Shown here in pieces: positions 1 to 9,413 of a stretch of DNA of 64,000 bases. Location: the IMG/VR virus record IMGVR_UViG_3300024346_000005; one strand, 5' to 3'. The DNA is from a virus (lineage: Duplodnaviria > Caudoviricetes). How positions within the stretch are numbered: position 1 is the first letter of the stretch; the number at the start of each line of letters is the position of its first letter. The translations under genes were made by a program, and so were the position numbers. The notes beneath the pieces are model-generated. The model had not been told where the DNA came from, made no database searches, and was given only the letters and a program-made list of their open reading frames with translations.

Positions 1-1506
1 CTTAGAGGTACAGTAGATGCCTTACGAGCAGAAACCACAACTCTAAATAATGGTCTTGGAAATGTTTCTAATCTAATACAGCAAGATAGTGCCGTAGAGA
101 AGCAACAGGCATCGGCAGAAGCAGAAAGTGAAAGAAAACTTGCCGAAACAAATATTAGACTGGGGAAAGAATCTCAACTAGAACAAAAAATTACAAATGC
201 TCTGGCAAAACCTGTTCAGGCTCTGCAGCAGAAAGTTGGTAATATATTTGGAAGAATAGGAGAGGCTCTAACTGCATTATTTGCCGGATGGTTGACTAAT
301 CAAGGAATAGAAGCACTTAAGGCAGCATCAGAAGGAAATAAAAACAAATTAGAAGAAATTAAAGATAATGTTCTTAAACATATTGGATTTGGCGTAGCTG
401 CTATTGGTGCAATCAAAATAGGATTTGATTTGGTAATCAAAACTATTACTGGTATTACTGGAAAAATAGGTTCAATTTTACTTAAACTTGCCAAAGCTCC
501 TCTAAAACTTTTAAGAAGTGCTCTTCAAGCTGCTCCATTAGTGGGAGGTCTTTTTGGTGGTCCAAAACCTGGTGGTCCAAAACCTCCTGCTGGACCTGGT
601 GTAAAACCTCCAGCATCAGGAAATCCAATTGCAAGAGGTGTGGGTGCAGTTGCCAATTTTGCTGGAAAAGCACTTACTGCTGTTGGTGGTGTTATGGATG
701 CTGCATCCGGGCAATATACAGACTCTGCTCTTGCCGCTGGTGCTTTACTTGCTCCCGGAGCACTCAAAATTCCTTTTGGTCTTGCATATGGTCTAGATTC
801 AATTAGAGAAATGTTTGGTGGTAATATTTTTGGTAAAAATCCAAATGAACCAGAAAAACCACCAACAACACCAGCGGCAAAAGTCTTACCAACAACTCCT
901 AAGGCAGGAAATCCAAAACCAGCACCAAAACCAGAAACACCACCACCAACAATAGTAGGACCAATAGAAGAACCAGCGGCAGCACCGGCAGCAGTGCAAC
1001 CACAAAACTCTATGTTGTCTCAACCAATATCAGAGGCAGCACCAATATCTCAACCACAAACACCGGCAATTCCTCCACCAAGTCCCGAAATGGTGAAAAA
1101 CTTTGAGATGGCTTGGAAATATAAAGATAACTCTATGGCAAGAGGAAGAATTGAGTCTGCCTGGAATAATATGACTTATGAACAGCAACAGCAGGCAAAG
1201 GAATGGGCAAAATCAACAGACAAGGATTGGACTGAAATGAAGTTGGTCGAAAAACCACCTACAGTCCAAGCAGTACCACTACCATCAGCACAGGTTCAAC
1301 CACTTCCTAAACCCACTCAAAATGTAGGAGAACTTACTGAACCGGCACCGAATGTGGTAATGATGTCATCGGGTCAAAGTAACAATCAACAATCTTCTAT
1401 TTCACAGGCACCAACGAATGGAACCGATACTCCTTTGATTAGTTCTTCTAATCCTGATAATTTTTATGTTCTTTACTCTCAACTGAATTATAATGTGGTG
1501 ATATAA
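1..1506 (+). CDS. 5'-truncated tail/baseplate-associated protein (Pro-rich)
   Basis: Frame 1 is open from base 1 to the stop at 1506, so the ORF-track start at 292 is internal. It lies directly upstream of baseplate hub genes. Confidence 0.6.
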   Translation, partial: LRGTVDALRAETTTLNNGLGNVSNLIQQDSAVEKQQASAEAESERKLAETNIRLGKESQLEQKITNALAKPVQALQQKVGNIFGRIGEALTALFAGWLTNQGIEALKAASEGNKNKLEEIKDNVLKHIGFGVAAIGAIKIGFDLVIKTITGITGKIGSILLKLAKAPLKLLRSALQAAPLVGGLFGGPKPGGPKPPAGPGVKPPASGNPIARGVGAVANFAGKALTAVGGVMDAASGQYTDSALAAGALLAPGALKIPFGLAYGLDSIREMFGGNIFGKNPNEPEKPPTTPAAKVLPTTPKAGNPKPAPKPETPPPTIVGPIEEPAAAPAAVQPQNSMLSQPISEAAPISQPQTPAIPPPSPEMVKNFEMAWKYKDNSMARGRIESAWNNMTYEQQQQAKEWAKSTDKDWTEMKLVEKPPTVQAVPLPSAQVQPLPKPTQNVGELTEPAPNVVMMSSGQSNNQQSSISQAPTNGTDTPLISSSNPDNFYVLYSQLNYNVVI

Positions 1507-1507
1507 T

Positions 1508-3469
1508 ATGGCAATCTCATCACCACTTCAATCAAAAGTTCCAACAGGTTCAACAAAAACGATTAGAAAGTTACAGACTATTCTACTCAATAGAACAAAA
1601 GTTAAACGAGAAATATTTCAAAGGCAAACAATCTTACAAAATCGTAGAATAGAAAATGAAAGAAGAAAACAGAGAGAGGATGAACTTGAGGCACCAAATC
1701 TTGTAACAAAACCTCGTGGAGCAGCAGGATTAATTGCAGGTAGTGCCAAAGGATTTTTTGAAAGATTGGTGGGATTCCTTAGTTATTTGACCGCAGGATG
1801 GATAATTAATAATCTACCCACTTGGATTTCGATGGGTAAAGAGTTTATTGCCAGAACTCAACAAATGGGTAAGATACTTGGAAACTTTGTTGGTAATGTT
1901 ACGACCGTATTTACTAAGTTTACAACACTTTTGGGTGCATCTTTACAAAATTTAATGACATTTGATTTTTCTGATACTTCTGGAAGAGTTAAAACTGCTT
2001 TTGATGACCTAAATTTAAGTGTGGAAAATTGGGGTACTGACTTTGAGAATGCAATCAAATTAATAACAACTCCATTAAGTGAGGGTATTGCTTCTGGAGA
2101 GGATGCCAGACCACTCGGAACTGAAAATACTAATGAGGGTGCCTATGAACGAACTGCACCTTATAGTGGTAGTCAAGGTCCAGAAACATCTGGTGGAAGG
2201 GTTAGTTCGCAAGCAGTATATTCTTATCTTAAAAGTTTAGGAGTTTCTGAAATACACGCTTTAGGTATATTGGCAAATATTCAAGGAGAGAGTGGTTTTC
2301 AAATTGGAGCTCAAGAAAAAGGTGATAGTAAGCAAGGAGTTGGTTTATTTCAATATACATTTCCTAGCCGAAAACAAGCATTTTTAAAAGCAGTTCCTGA
2401 TTATAAAACTAACTGGAAAGGGCAGATTGATTTTGCAATAAAGAGTGACCCGAATACTCCGTTATATTTAAGAAAACAGTTTAGTTCTCCGGAACAAGCA
2501 GCAGATGATTTTATGATACAGTGGGAGAATCCGGATCCAAGAGTTTATGCTGATAGGAGAAAAACACATAATGCTTTTATTAAATCATTCAAACCTGGAA
2601 GTTCTCAATCACAAGCATCTCAACAATCATCTGCACCATCAAGACCAGTATCAACAGGAACTACATCATTAATACCACAAACTGGTGCTGGTGGTTTTCT
2701 TCAAGGTGCTTCTGGAGATGGTAAAGAAGATCAGGGACGTTATGGCGTTCATTTCCATTTAAGCCCACCAAATATGACTGAAGATGGTTATAAAAAAGCT
2801 AGGGATGTTGCTTTTGCTGCTGTTAAAGCAATGTTGGCTAGAGGTTCTAGGATTCATTTTGGCAATATCAAAGAAGATCTTCTTGCTGGCGCTTCAGATT
2901 CTCAAATAAAATCAATGATTCTACGTGAGCAAAAAGCTCACAGTAAAAAAGGAAGAACTCAGGGTGGAATAGATCTTCAAGAAATAAATCCAAATGTTGG
3001 ACCAACTATTGCTGGTTTGCCTGGATCTAAAATTGCTTTTCCTCTTGCAGTAGGAAAAGTATCGTCTCTATCTAGTGGAAGTGGATATGGTAGAGAAGCT
3101 GAAGTTCTTGGTAGTGGCGGCGTAACGCTAGCTCACGGAGCAGCGGGATCTACTGCAAGTAATGTTTCGGGAGCATCACCACGGGCACAACTAGCATCTC
3201 AATCAGCAACACCACAAGCAAAACCCCCAACACCAGCACAAATAACACCAACCGGTACTCCACAAAATCCACAAATAAGTCAATCACTAGCACAAGAGAG
3301 AACCGGACCAACCGTGATTGTTTCTCAAAATCCTTCATCACCGGCACAACAAATGATGTCTTCTGGTGGTGGAGGTTCTTCTGGTGGAGGGTCTTCACCA
3401 ATAAGTGATTTTGCCTTGTTAAATAATTTTATAAAAAATAAACTTCTACTCGACCTCGCTTACCTATAA
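1508..3469 (+). CDS. Baseplate/tail-associated cell-wall hydrolase (phage tail lysozyme domain plus M23-like peptidase motifs)
   Basis: 'ALGILANIQGESGF...GVGLFQYT...QIDF' resembles the phage tail lysozyme (Phage_lysozyme2) family. HFH, GIDL and LAH motifs follow. Confidence 0.65.
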   Translation: MAISSPLQSKVPTGSTKTIRKLQTILLNRTKVKREIFQRQTILQNRRIENERRKQREDELEAPNLVTKPRGAAGLIAGSAKGFFERLVGFLSYLTAGWIINNLPTWISMGKEFIARTQQMGKILGNFVGNVTTVFTKFTTLLGASLQNLMTFDFSDTSGRVKTAFDDLNLSVENWGTDFENAIKLITTPLSEGIASGEDARPLGTENTNEGAYERTAPYSGSQGPETSGGRVSSQAVYSYLKSLGVSEIHALGILANIQGESGFQIGAQEKGDSKQGVGLFQYTFPSRKQAFLKAVPDYKTNWKGQIDFAIKSDPNTPLYLRKQFSSPEQAADDFMIQWENPDPRVYADRRKTHNAFIKSFKPGSSQSQASQQSSAPSRPVSTGTTSLIPQTGAGGFLQGASGDGKEDQGRYGVHFHLSPPNMTEDGYKKARDVAFAAVKAMLARGSRIHFGNIKEDLLAGASDSQIKSMILREQKAHSKKGRTQGGIDLQEINPNVGPTIAGLPGSKIAFPLAVGKVSSLSSGSGYGREAEVLGSGGVTLAHGAAGSTASNVSGASPRAQLASQSATPQAKPPTPAQITPTGTPQNPQISQSLAQERTGPTVIVSQNPSSPAQQMMSSGGGGSSGGGSSPISDFALLNNFIKNKLLLDLAYL

Positions 3470-4812
3470 TGTCAATTAGTAAATCCATATATGAAGAATT
3501 AGTTCTTGAATCAAACGACCAGAAAAGGACGGTTGATATTAAAAATGGAACAATCGCACTCGAATATTTTGAGGATATTTTCTCCCCAACAATTACTGCC
3601 AGAGTCAAGGTGGTTAATACTGGAAATACCATTACATCTTTTAAGGACCAAGACGGAGAAAAGCAATCAATTTATAATGGTCTTCCTCTTCGTGGTGGTG
3701 AAAGGCTCTCAATGAAAATTGCCGGAAATGTTCCGGGAAGAGAATCTTTGGACTTCTCAAATAATCCAAAAAAATATCTTTATGTTTCTAGTATTACCGA
3801 TGTAATCTCAGAAGCACAGCAAGAAAGTTTCACTCTAAATCTAGTTTCAAGAGAGGCAATCACGAATGAAACTTCACGAGTATCAAGAAAATATTCAACA
3901 TCATCAAAGATTAGTGAGTCGGTTCGTAAAATATTAACAGATGTTCTAAAAACTGATAGTATCGGAACAATTGATGAGACTTCCAATAAGTATGGATTTA
4001 TTGGAAATATGAGAAAACCTTTCACAACATTAATTTGGTTGGCATCTAAAGGTGTTCCAGTAGTTTCTGGAAATGCAACTGCCGGATTTGTATTTTATCA
4101 AACTCAGGATGGATTTCAGTTTCGTGCAATTGATAATTTAATCTCTCAAAAATCAAAGGCAACATATGTTTATAGTCCAACGACAGTTTCTTATAATGAT
4201 AATAATGAAAAAGTTGATAATGAATTTAAGATTCTGAATTATAGTACACAGAAAAATCAAAATTTAATTGAGAAACTTCGTCTTGGTACTTATGCAAGTC
4301 AAAGAACATTTTTCAATCCTTTAGATTTTACATTTACTGATCCTAAAGAAGGACTGTTTAAATTACAAAATTATTCCAATAAAACTAATAACCTTGGTGG
4401 GACAGATTTACAACTTCCTAAAATATCTGAGGGATCTGATTTATCTCTCGGAGATGCCCCTTCAAGAATTATTACTGCCATTCTGGATATTGGAACCGTA
4501 GAAAAAGAAGTATCAAAATCTGAAAACGCAGATCCATCATTATATCAATCTCAATCTTTAATGAGATACAATATTCTTTTTACACAAGCTTTGAGTGTAA
4601 TGATTCCCGTAAATACTGATTTAAGAGCGGGTGATGTCATCGAGTGCCTATTTCCAAATAATAGTAAATCGGATAAAAGCGAACACGATTCCGAAACAAG
4701 TGGTCTATATATGATTAAGGAACTTTGCCACCATTTTGATGTGAATAATTCCTATACTTCGATGAAATTGCTGAGAGATACTTTTGGAGTCAATAACAAA
4801 GAAAGAAAATGA
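3469..4812 (+). CDS. Baseplate hub / tail protein (cyanophage gp27-like)
   Basis: 'YFEDIFSPTITA...LPLRGGE', 'FYQTQDGFQFRAID' and 'SGLYMIKELCHHFD' motifs; position upstream of gp5. Confidence 0.65.
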   Translation: MSISKSIYEELVLESNDQKRTVDIKNGTIALEYFEDIFSPTITARVKVVNTGNTITSFKDQDGEKQSIYNGLPLRGGERLSMKIAGNVPGRESLDFSNNPKKYLYVSSITDVISEAQQESFTLNLVSREAITNETSRVSRKYSTSSKISESVRKILTDVLKTDSIGTIDETSNKYGFIGNMRKPFTTLIWLASKGVPVVSGNATAGFVFYQTQDGFQFRAIDNLISQKSKATYVYSPTTVSYNDNNEKVDNEFKILNYSTQKNQNLIEKLRLGTYASQRTFFNPLDFTFTDPKEGLFKLQNYSNKTNNLGGTDLQLPKISEGSDLSLGDAPSRIITAILDIGTVEKEVSKSENADPSLYQSQSLMRYNILFTQALSVMIPVNTDLRAGDVIECLFPNNSKSDKSEHDSETSGLYMIKELCHHFDVNNSYTSMKLLRDTFGVNNKERK

Positions 4813-6896
4813 TAGACGAATCTTTACTCAAAAGTAATTTTATAGGAAGAGATGGATTCCGTTGGTGGATAGGTCAGATTCCACCGGAGAGTTCTCATGG
4901 TGGGCAAATAAATGGAGCAGGATGGGGAAATAGATTTAAAGTTCGTATTATGGGGTATCATCCTTATAATACGGTAGAACTTCCGAATGAAGATTTACCA
5001 TGGGCACAGTGCTTATTACCAACAACTTCAGGAACTGGAGCAGGAAATAATGCAACTACGGTAAAAGTATCTCCAGGAGATACTGTATTTGGATTCTTCC
5101 TAGATGGAGATAATGCTCAGATTCCAGTTATTATGGGATGTTTTGGAAGAACTTCACAAGTTCCTTCCGGAGATTATGCCGGACCTTTTATACCTTTTAC
5201 TGGATATACTGGTAAGGTTAAAAAACCAAATGGTACACTGAAACCTGACCAATCACTTGAACAAAATGCAAAATCTCAAAAGTCTCCAAGAAGTGTTTCA
5301 CCACAACAAGCAGAAGCAATTGCAGATGATGAGATTTCTTCCTTTAGTGCAATTGGTGATAAAATTCTACTTGGAAATACGGTAAATAATACTATTATTG
5401 GTAAAATATCTACTGAGGTTGGTAATTTACTGAATAAGATTAAGGCACCGGCAATCTTTACAAATATTGCAAATGAAATTACTCGTGTAACCGATAAGAT
5501 ACAGGCAATTACAAATGGTCTTGTTGGTAATATGGTTAATGGTTTATACAAAGGTATGATACCAATATTGAATAGTGGTCTTCAATTACTTTATAATTCA
5601 GTTTATAGTATAGTTCTGGCAGCAACTCAAAATCCTGCTGCTGCTCATCTTGCTGGTGTTGCCGCACAAACTGCGATGGTTAATCCAATTAAGGCAGTAG
5701 AACAGGCAATTCCTTGTGTTGCCGGTGCAATCATAAGTGGTCTTGGAAGTCTCATAGAAGAGATACTTAATTCTGTAGTTGATAATGTTCAAAATTTTGT
5801 GTCTTGTGCCGCAAATCAATTTACTGGAGTACTCGTTAATGATATTATTGGTAAAATATCAAGCGGATTGAGTGCCTCACTTGGAGGAATCCAGACAATT
5901 TTAGAATTTACTCCATCATTTAGTGTTGATGGATTTTTGCGTAATAGTGTAGATTCAATCAAAGGTCTTGTTGGACTATTTGATTGTAATCAGAGTAAAG
6001 GAAAATCTAATGGTATTGTTGATGAATGGATAATTGGTTGCGGACCGACAAATGCACCTACACCTAATTTTGATGAAATTTTAGAAAATGCAAATGTTAC
6101 TAATGCAATAGCAACTGCTGGTGATGTATTAGGTGGAATACAAGGTGCTATTGGAGCAGTTACTGATATTGTTGGTGGAGTTGCGGGTGCATTTAGTGCA
6201 ATAAACAACATTCCAAATCAAATTGGTGGTTGTTATACCGGACCACCACTATTTTGTAGTGCTCCTGTGGTGACTATTTTTGGTGGAGGTGGAACAGGAG
6301 CAACTGCAATACCATTAATTGGGGCAATTTCTGGTTCAACCGGAAGTGTTATTGGTGCAAAAGTAACAAATGGAGGTTCTGGATATAGATTCCCACCATT
6401 CGTGGAGATTAGAGATAATTGTAATCAAGGATATGGTGTCGTTGCCAGAGCAACTATTAATGATGCCGGAGAAGTTGATTCGGTTTATATTGTATCCGAA
6501 GGAGAAAATTATCCAACGGGAGATTTATATGATAATTCAGTATCTACAACTGCAAACACAGTAATTAATAATTCAACCGAAAATCAGACACAATCATTAA
6601 TTGCCAGAAATTATAGTGTGAATAAGATTCTTATTCAAAATCCAGGTCAAAATTATATTGGGGGAGTCGGTGGAGACACGGCAACAGATCAATTTGATAA
6701 TGAATATTCTATTGAAATATTTGAGGGATCTATTACTAAGATACAACCAATAAATACTATAGTTATTGTGAACGATCTTCCAATAATTACCATTAAATCT
6801 GATACTGGTTCTGGTGCTATATTACGACCCATACTAGATACACCGCCAGCAGAGTTCCAAGGTGAAGTAAAACAAGTAATAGATTGTGTAACATAA
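4809..6896 (+). CDS. gp5: Baseplate hub subunit gp5-like (N-terminal OB-fold)
   Basis: 'GRDGFRWWIGQI...RFKVRIMGYHP...LPWA...GDTVFGFFLDGDNAQIPVIMG' is the gp5 OB-fold signature. Confidence 0.85.
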   Translation: MIDESLLKSNFIGRDGFRWWIGQIPPESSHGGQINGAGWGNRFKVRIMGYHPYNTVELPNEDLPWAQCLLPTTSGTGAGNNATTVKVSPGDTVFGFFLDGDNAQIPVIMGCFGRTSQVPSGDYAGPFIPFTGYTGKVKKPNGTLKPDQSLEQNAKSQKSPRSVSPQQAEAIADDEISSFSAIGDKILLGNTVNNTIIGKISTEVGNLLNKIKAPAIFTNIANEITRVTDKIQAITNGLVGNMVNGLYKGMIPILNSGLQLLYNSVYSIVLAATQNPAAAHLAGVAAQTAMVNPIKAVEQAIPCVAGAIISGLGSLIEEILNSVVDNVQNFVSCAANQFTGVLVNDIIGKISSGLSASLGGIQTILEFTPSFSVDGFLRNSVDSIKGLVGLFDCNQSKGKSNGIVDEWIIGCGPTNAPTPNFDEILENANVTNAIATAGDVLGGIQGAIGAVTDIVGGVAGAFSAINNIPNQIGGCYTGPPLFCSAPVVTIFGGGGTGATAIPLIGAISGSTGSVIGAKVTNGGSGYRFPPFVEIRDNCNQGYGVVARATINDAGEVDSVYIVSEGENYPTGDLYDNSVSTTANTVINNSTENQTQSLIARNYSVNKILIQNPGQNYIGGVGGDTATDQFDNEYSIEIFEGSITKIQPINTIVIVNDLPIITIKSDTGSGAILRPILDTPPAEFQGEVKQVIDCVT

Positions 6897-6897
6897 A

Positions 6898-7524
6898 ATG
6901 GCAGAAAGACCTTTTGATAAACAAAACTGGCAGGGAAGAAGTCTAACAAGCTTTGGACCGAAGTTCAGAATAGATATGAATAACCCTCAAATGGGTTGTA
7001 ATGGTACTGAAGTTTATAATCTTTATGCCGTAACTAATAATAATGATGTCTGTCTTACTGGATTGACTGAAGGTGGAAATTACAGACTATATAATGACCG
7101 ATCAATAGAAATTATTGCCGGGCAAAAAAGTGAGTCAAATGGTGTAGATATTATTATTAGTGGGAGAAATGGTGATGTTTGTATAACTGCAGAAAAAAAT
7201 GGAAGAGTAAGAATTCGTGCTCAAAATATTATGATTGATGCAGATGAAGATGTAGATATTAAAGCAGGAAGAAATATTACATTAGATTCTGGTTCGGGAA
7301 GAATCTTACTCAAAGCAAATAAGGCAGACTGTGATGCACTAACCGGAAATCTGGCACCAAAAAATACCAATTGGGGTGCTCAAGTCTTTGCCGGAACATT
7401 TGTTGGTTCTGATGTTCTTGATGCAGCATTTAATATTGCTGATGTCTTCGTTGAAAGTGGTGAGATCGGAGGCATCGGTGGCAGTGGCATCATTGGTAAT
7501 ATAACTTCAATTGTGGGTTTATGA
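6898..7524 (+). CDS. gp5 C-terminal-like baseplate spike protein
   Basis: Beta-helix-like I/D-x-I repeats, directly after gp5. Confidence 0.55.
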   Translation: MAERPFDKQNWQGRSLTSFGPKFRIDMNNPQMGCNGTEVYNLYAVTNNNDVCLTGLTEGGNYRLYNDRSIEIIAGQKSESNGVDIIISGRNGDVCITAEKNGRVRIRAQNIMIDADEDVDIKAGRNITLDSGSGRILLKANKADCDALTGNLAPKNTNWGAQVFAGTFVGSDVLDAAFNIADVFVESGEIGGIGGSGIIGNITSIVGL

Positions 7525-7732
7525 AATGACAAATATTAATTTACGGGCAGGTCGGATGGTGGAACGGCAAGTATTATACAAGGGTATGATTTTATAACTG
7601 ACCTCAATCAAATGTGGTTGGAAGATGGTGTTGATGGCGACTACAATGACCTTCGATGGATTCCAAGTCAGGGTGAAATATTTGATAATGGTGGTGGTAA
7701 TTTTACTTATATATTATACTATTGACAACCCC

Positions 7733-7761
7733 TTGACAACCCGCCCCAGATGCCCTATAAT
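7733..7761 (+). promoter_or_regulatory. sigma70-type promoter
   Basis: TTGACA-17 bp-TATAAT. Confidence 0.8.
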
Positions 7762-7787
7762 ACATAGGTAATCAAACGAAACGCCTG

Positions 7788-7973
7788 ATGCCTGTCGAAG
7801 AGACCCTGACCCGCTGTGTTGTCGATACTCTTGCTCGTAAGTTCTATCTGTATTCAAGCGAAGGTGGTGAAAAAGTTGTGAATTGTGAGACCGTAGACCA
7901 GTTTATGAATGTTCTTGAAGTGGTTCGTGCTCAGGTAAGTGATGATTGTCTTGCATACTCAAATCCTCTTTGA
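7788..7973 (+). CDS. Hypothetical cyanophage protein
   Basis: 61-aa ORF directly after the promoter. Confidence 0.6.
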   Translation: MPVEETLTRCVVDTLARKFYLYSSEGGEKVVNCETVDQFMNVLEVVRAQVSDDCLAYSNPL

Positions 7974-7976
7974 TAA

Positions 7977-8159
7977 ATGGAAAAGTTTACGGTAGAAGAA
8001 TTTCAATCAGACTTTGATAATCTACTAGAAAGAGTGGAAAATGGAGAGTCTTTTATTGTTACTAGCGAACACGGAGATGCTATGATGATTCCTTATAGTC
8101 AATACAAAGAAGCAGACGACCTCATACGAATACACACCGACCACGAAGAAGGTTGTTGA
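7977..8159 (+). CDS. Phd/YefM-like antitoxin-fold small protein
   Basis: 'FTVEEFQSDFDNLLERVENGESFIVTSEHG...MIPY' matches the Phd/YefM N-terminal pattern. Confidence 0.55.
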   Translation: MEKFTVEEFQSDFDNLLERVENGESFIVTSEHGDAMMIPYSQYKEADDLIRIHTDHEEGC

Positions 8160-8207
8160 GTCAAGGCAACTTATAGGTCTTATATGTTGCTTCAAGGCAA
8201 CTTTTAT

Positions 8208-8280
8208 GGGCGGATAATTTAATTGGTCAAAATGCTCTGCTTATAACGGAGTTATGAGGGATCATGGCCCTCTCTGCCTA
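8208..8280 (+). tRNA. tRNA-Ile(TAT)
   Basis: Cloverleaf: GGGCGGA/TCTGCCT acceptor stem, CTCTG-CTTATAA-CGGAG anticodon arm, GAGGG/CCCTC T-stem. No encoded CCA. Confidence 0.85.
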
Positions 8281-8313
8281 TTGACCATAATGACTCTTTG
8301 AGTTATAATGGTC
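8281..8313 (+). promoter_or_regulatory. sigma70 promoter embedded in a hairpin between the tRNAs
   Basis: TTGACC-17-TATAAT (8281-8309) within the inverted repeat GACCATAA...TTATAATGGTC. Confidence 0.6.
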
Positions 8314-8323
8314 TCATACACAA

Positions 8324-8405
8324 GCCCCCTTGGCGTAATTGGTAGCCGCTACGGATTTAAAATCCGTTGACTTTAGTCGTGCCGGATCGTACCCGGCAGG
8401 GGGTA
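8324..8405 (+). tRNA. tRNA-Leu(TAA)
   Basis: GCCCCCT/AGGGGGT acceptor stem, ACGGA-TTTAAAA-TCCGT anticodon arm, long variable arm, GCCGG/CCGGC T-stem. Confidence 0.88.
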
Positions 8406-8437
8406 TTGAAATAAATATAAGATATTGAGATACTCAA

Positions 8438-8746
8438 ATGTCTTTCAAGTATAAAATAAGTCAGTCATACTGTTGGTATAATAACGGAAGTATGATTGTG
8501 AAAATGTACTTCATCAACGAGATTCCATTTACCTTCGATGAATTACCTGACGGGCACTTATACGACCAAGACCTCTGTAGAACGGCAGATAAGTATCGTG
8601 CATATGAACCAGATGATTTATTTAAGAACTCATTCTATCTTATAGACGAGGAAGCACACCCATTACTTTTTGATATGGACCTAGAAAACCCCCAAGACCT
8701 TCCAGATGAAGGTTATGAGTTTTTGCGGCAGGACTTATCTTCATAA
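8438..8746 (+). CDS. Hypothetical cyanophage protein
   Basis: 102-aa ORF after a TAAATA late-promoter core. Confidence 0.65.
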   Translation: MSFKYKISQSYCWYNNGSMIVKMYFINEIPFTFDELPDGHLYDQDLCRTADKYRAYEPDDLFKNSFYLIDEEAHPLLFDMDLENPQDLPDEGYEFLRQDLSS

Positions 8747-8840
8747 ATAATGGTGCTTATTCGTGGTTGTTTAGGCAAAGATTAAGGGGCAGAAATGCTC
8801 CTTTTCTTGTATAAATAAGTATAACCACGAATAAAGTAGA
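8743..8840 (+). promoter_or_regulatory. Dual late-promoter / antisense-arm / terminator cassette (copy 1)
   Basis: ATAAATA, arm GCTTATTCGTGGTTGT, hairpin GGGGC-AGAAAT-GCTCC-TTTT, TATAAATA (8810-8817), arm ATAACCACGAATAAAGT, ATG. Confidence 0.75.
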
Positions 8841-9386
8841 ATGAATAATTATTACACTTATGCATATTTGCGTGAAGATGGAACACCATATTATATCGGT
8901 AAAGGTAAAGCAGGTAGAATTAATAATACCTTACACACTATTCATCTTCCAGTAAAAGAAGAAAGAAGAATATTCTTAAAGAAAAATCTTACCGATGAAG
9001 AAGCAAGGAAGCACGAGATTTATATGATTGCTGTTTTAGGTAGAAAAGATTTAGGAACAGGAATTTTAAGAAATATGACCGATGGTGGGGAAGGTTGTGC
9101 CGGTCGTGTTTTAAGTGAAGAAACAAAAAAGAAGTTGAGTGATAGTCATAAAGGAAGAAAGAAAAGTGAGGCACACCGAAAAGCATTAAGTGAGGCGGCG
9201 AAGAAAAGAAAAGCAAGTGAAGAAACAAGAGAAAAAATGAGTAAAGTTTTTATGGGAGAAAATAATCCGTCTTTTGGGAAAAAGTGGTGGAATAATGGTG
9301 TAGAAAATAAACTCTGTAAAGAATGTCCCGGTGAAGAATATGTTTTAGGATTTCTGAACAAGTATTGGATGAATAAACATAAATAA
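8841..9386 (+). CDS. GIY-YIG (Seg-like) homing endonuclease with NUMOD3 repeats
   Basis: '[19 protein letters not shown]', 'GILRNMTDGGEG' and 'LSEETKKKLS' repeats. Confidence 0.85.
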   Translation: MNNYYTYAYLREDGTPYYIGKGKAGRINNTLHTIHLPVKEERRIFLKKNLTDEEARKHEIYMIAVLGRKDLGTGILRNMTDGGEGCAGRVLSEETKKKLSDSHKGRKKSEAHRKALSEAAKKRKASEETREKMSKVFMGENNPSFGKKWWNNGVENKLCKECPGEEYVLGFLNKYWMNKHK

Positions 9387-9413
9387 AACATATTAGGTAT
9401 ATTAGTAATAAAT

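Noticed and set aside
7525-7725. Possible ORF or RNA after the gp5 C-terminal gene
   Set aside because: Only short broken frames and no convincing structure; probably a gene remnant.
8841-9386. Group I intron-encoded status of the endonucleases
   Set aside because: Each lies between intact genes without a split host ORF or recognisable P/Q/R/S core, so they are treated as free-standing.
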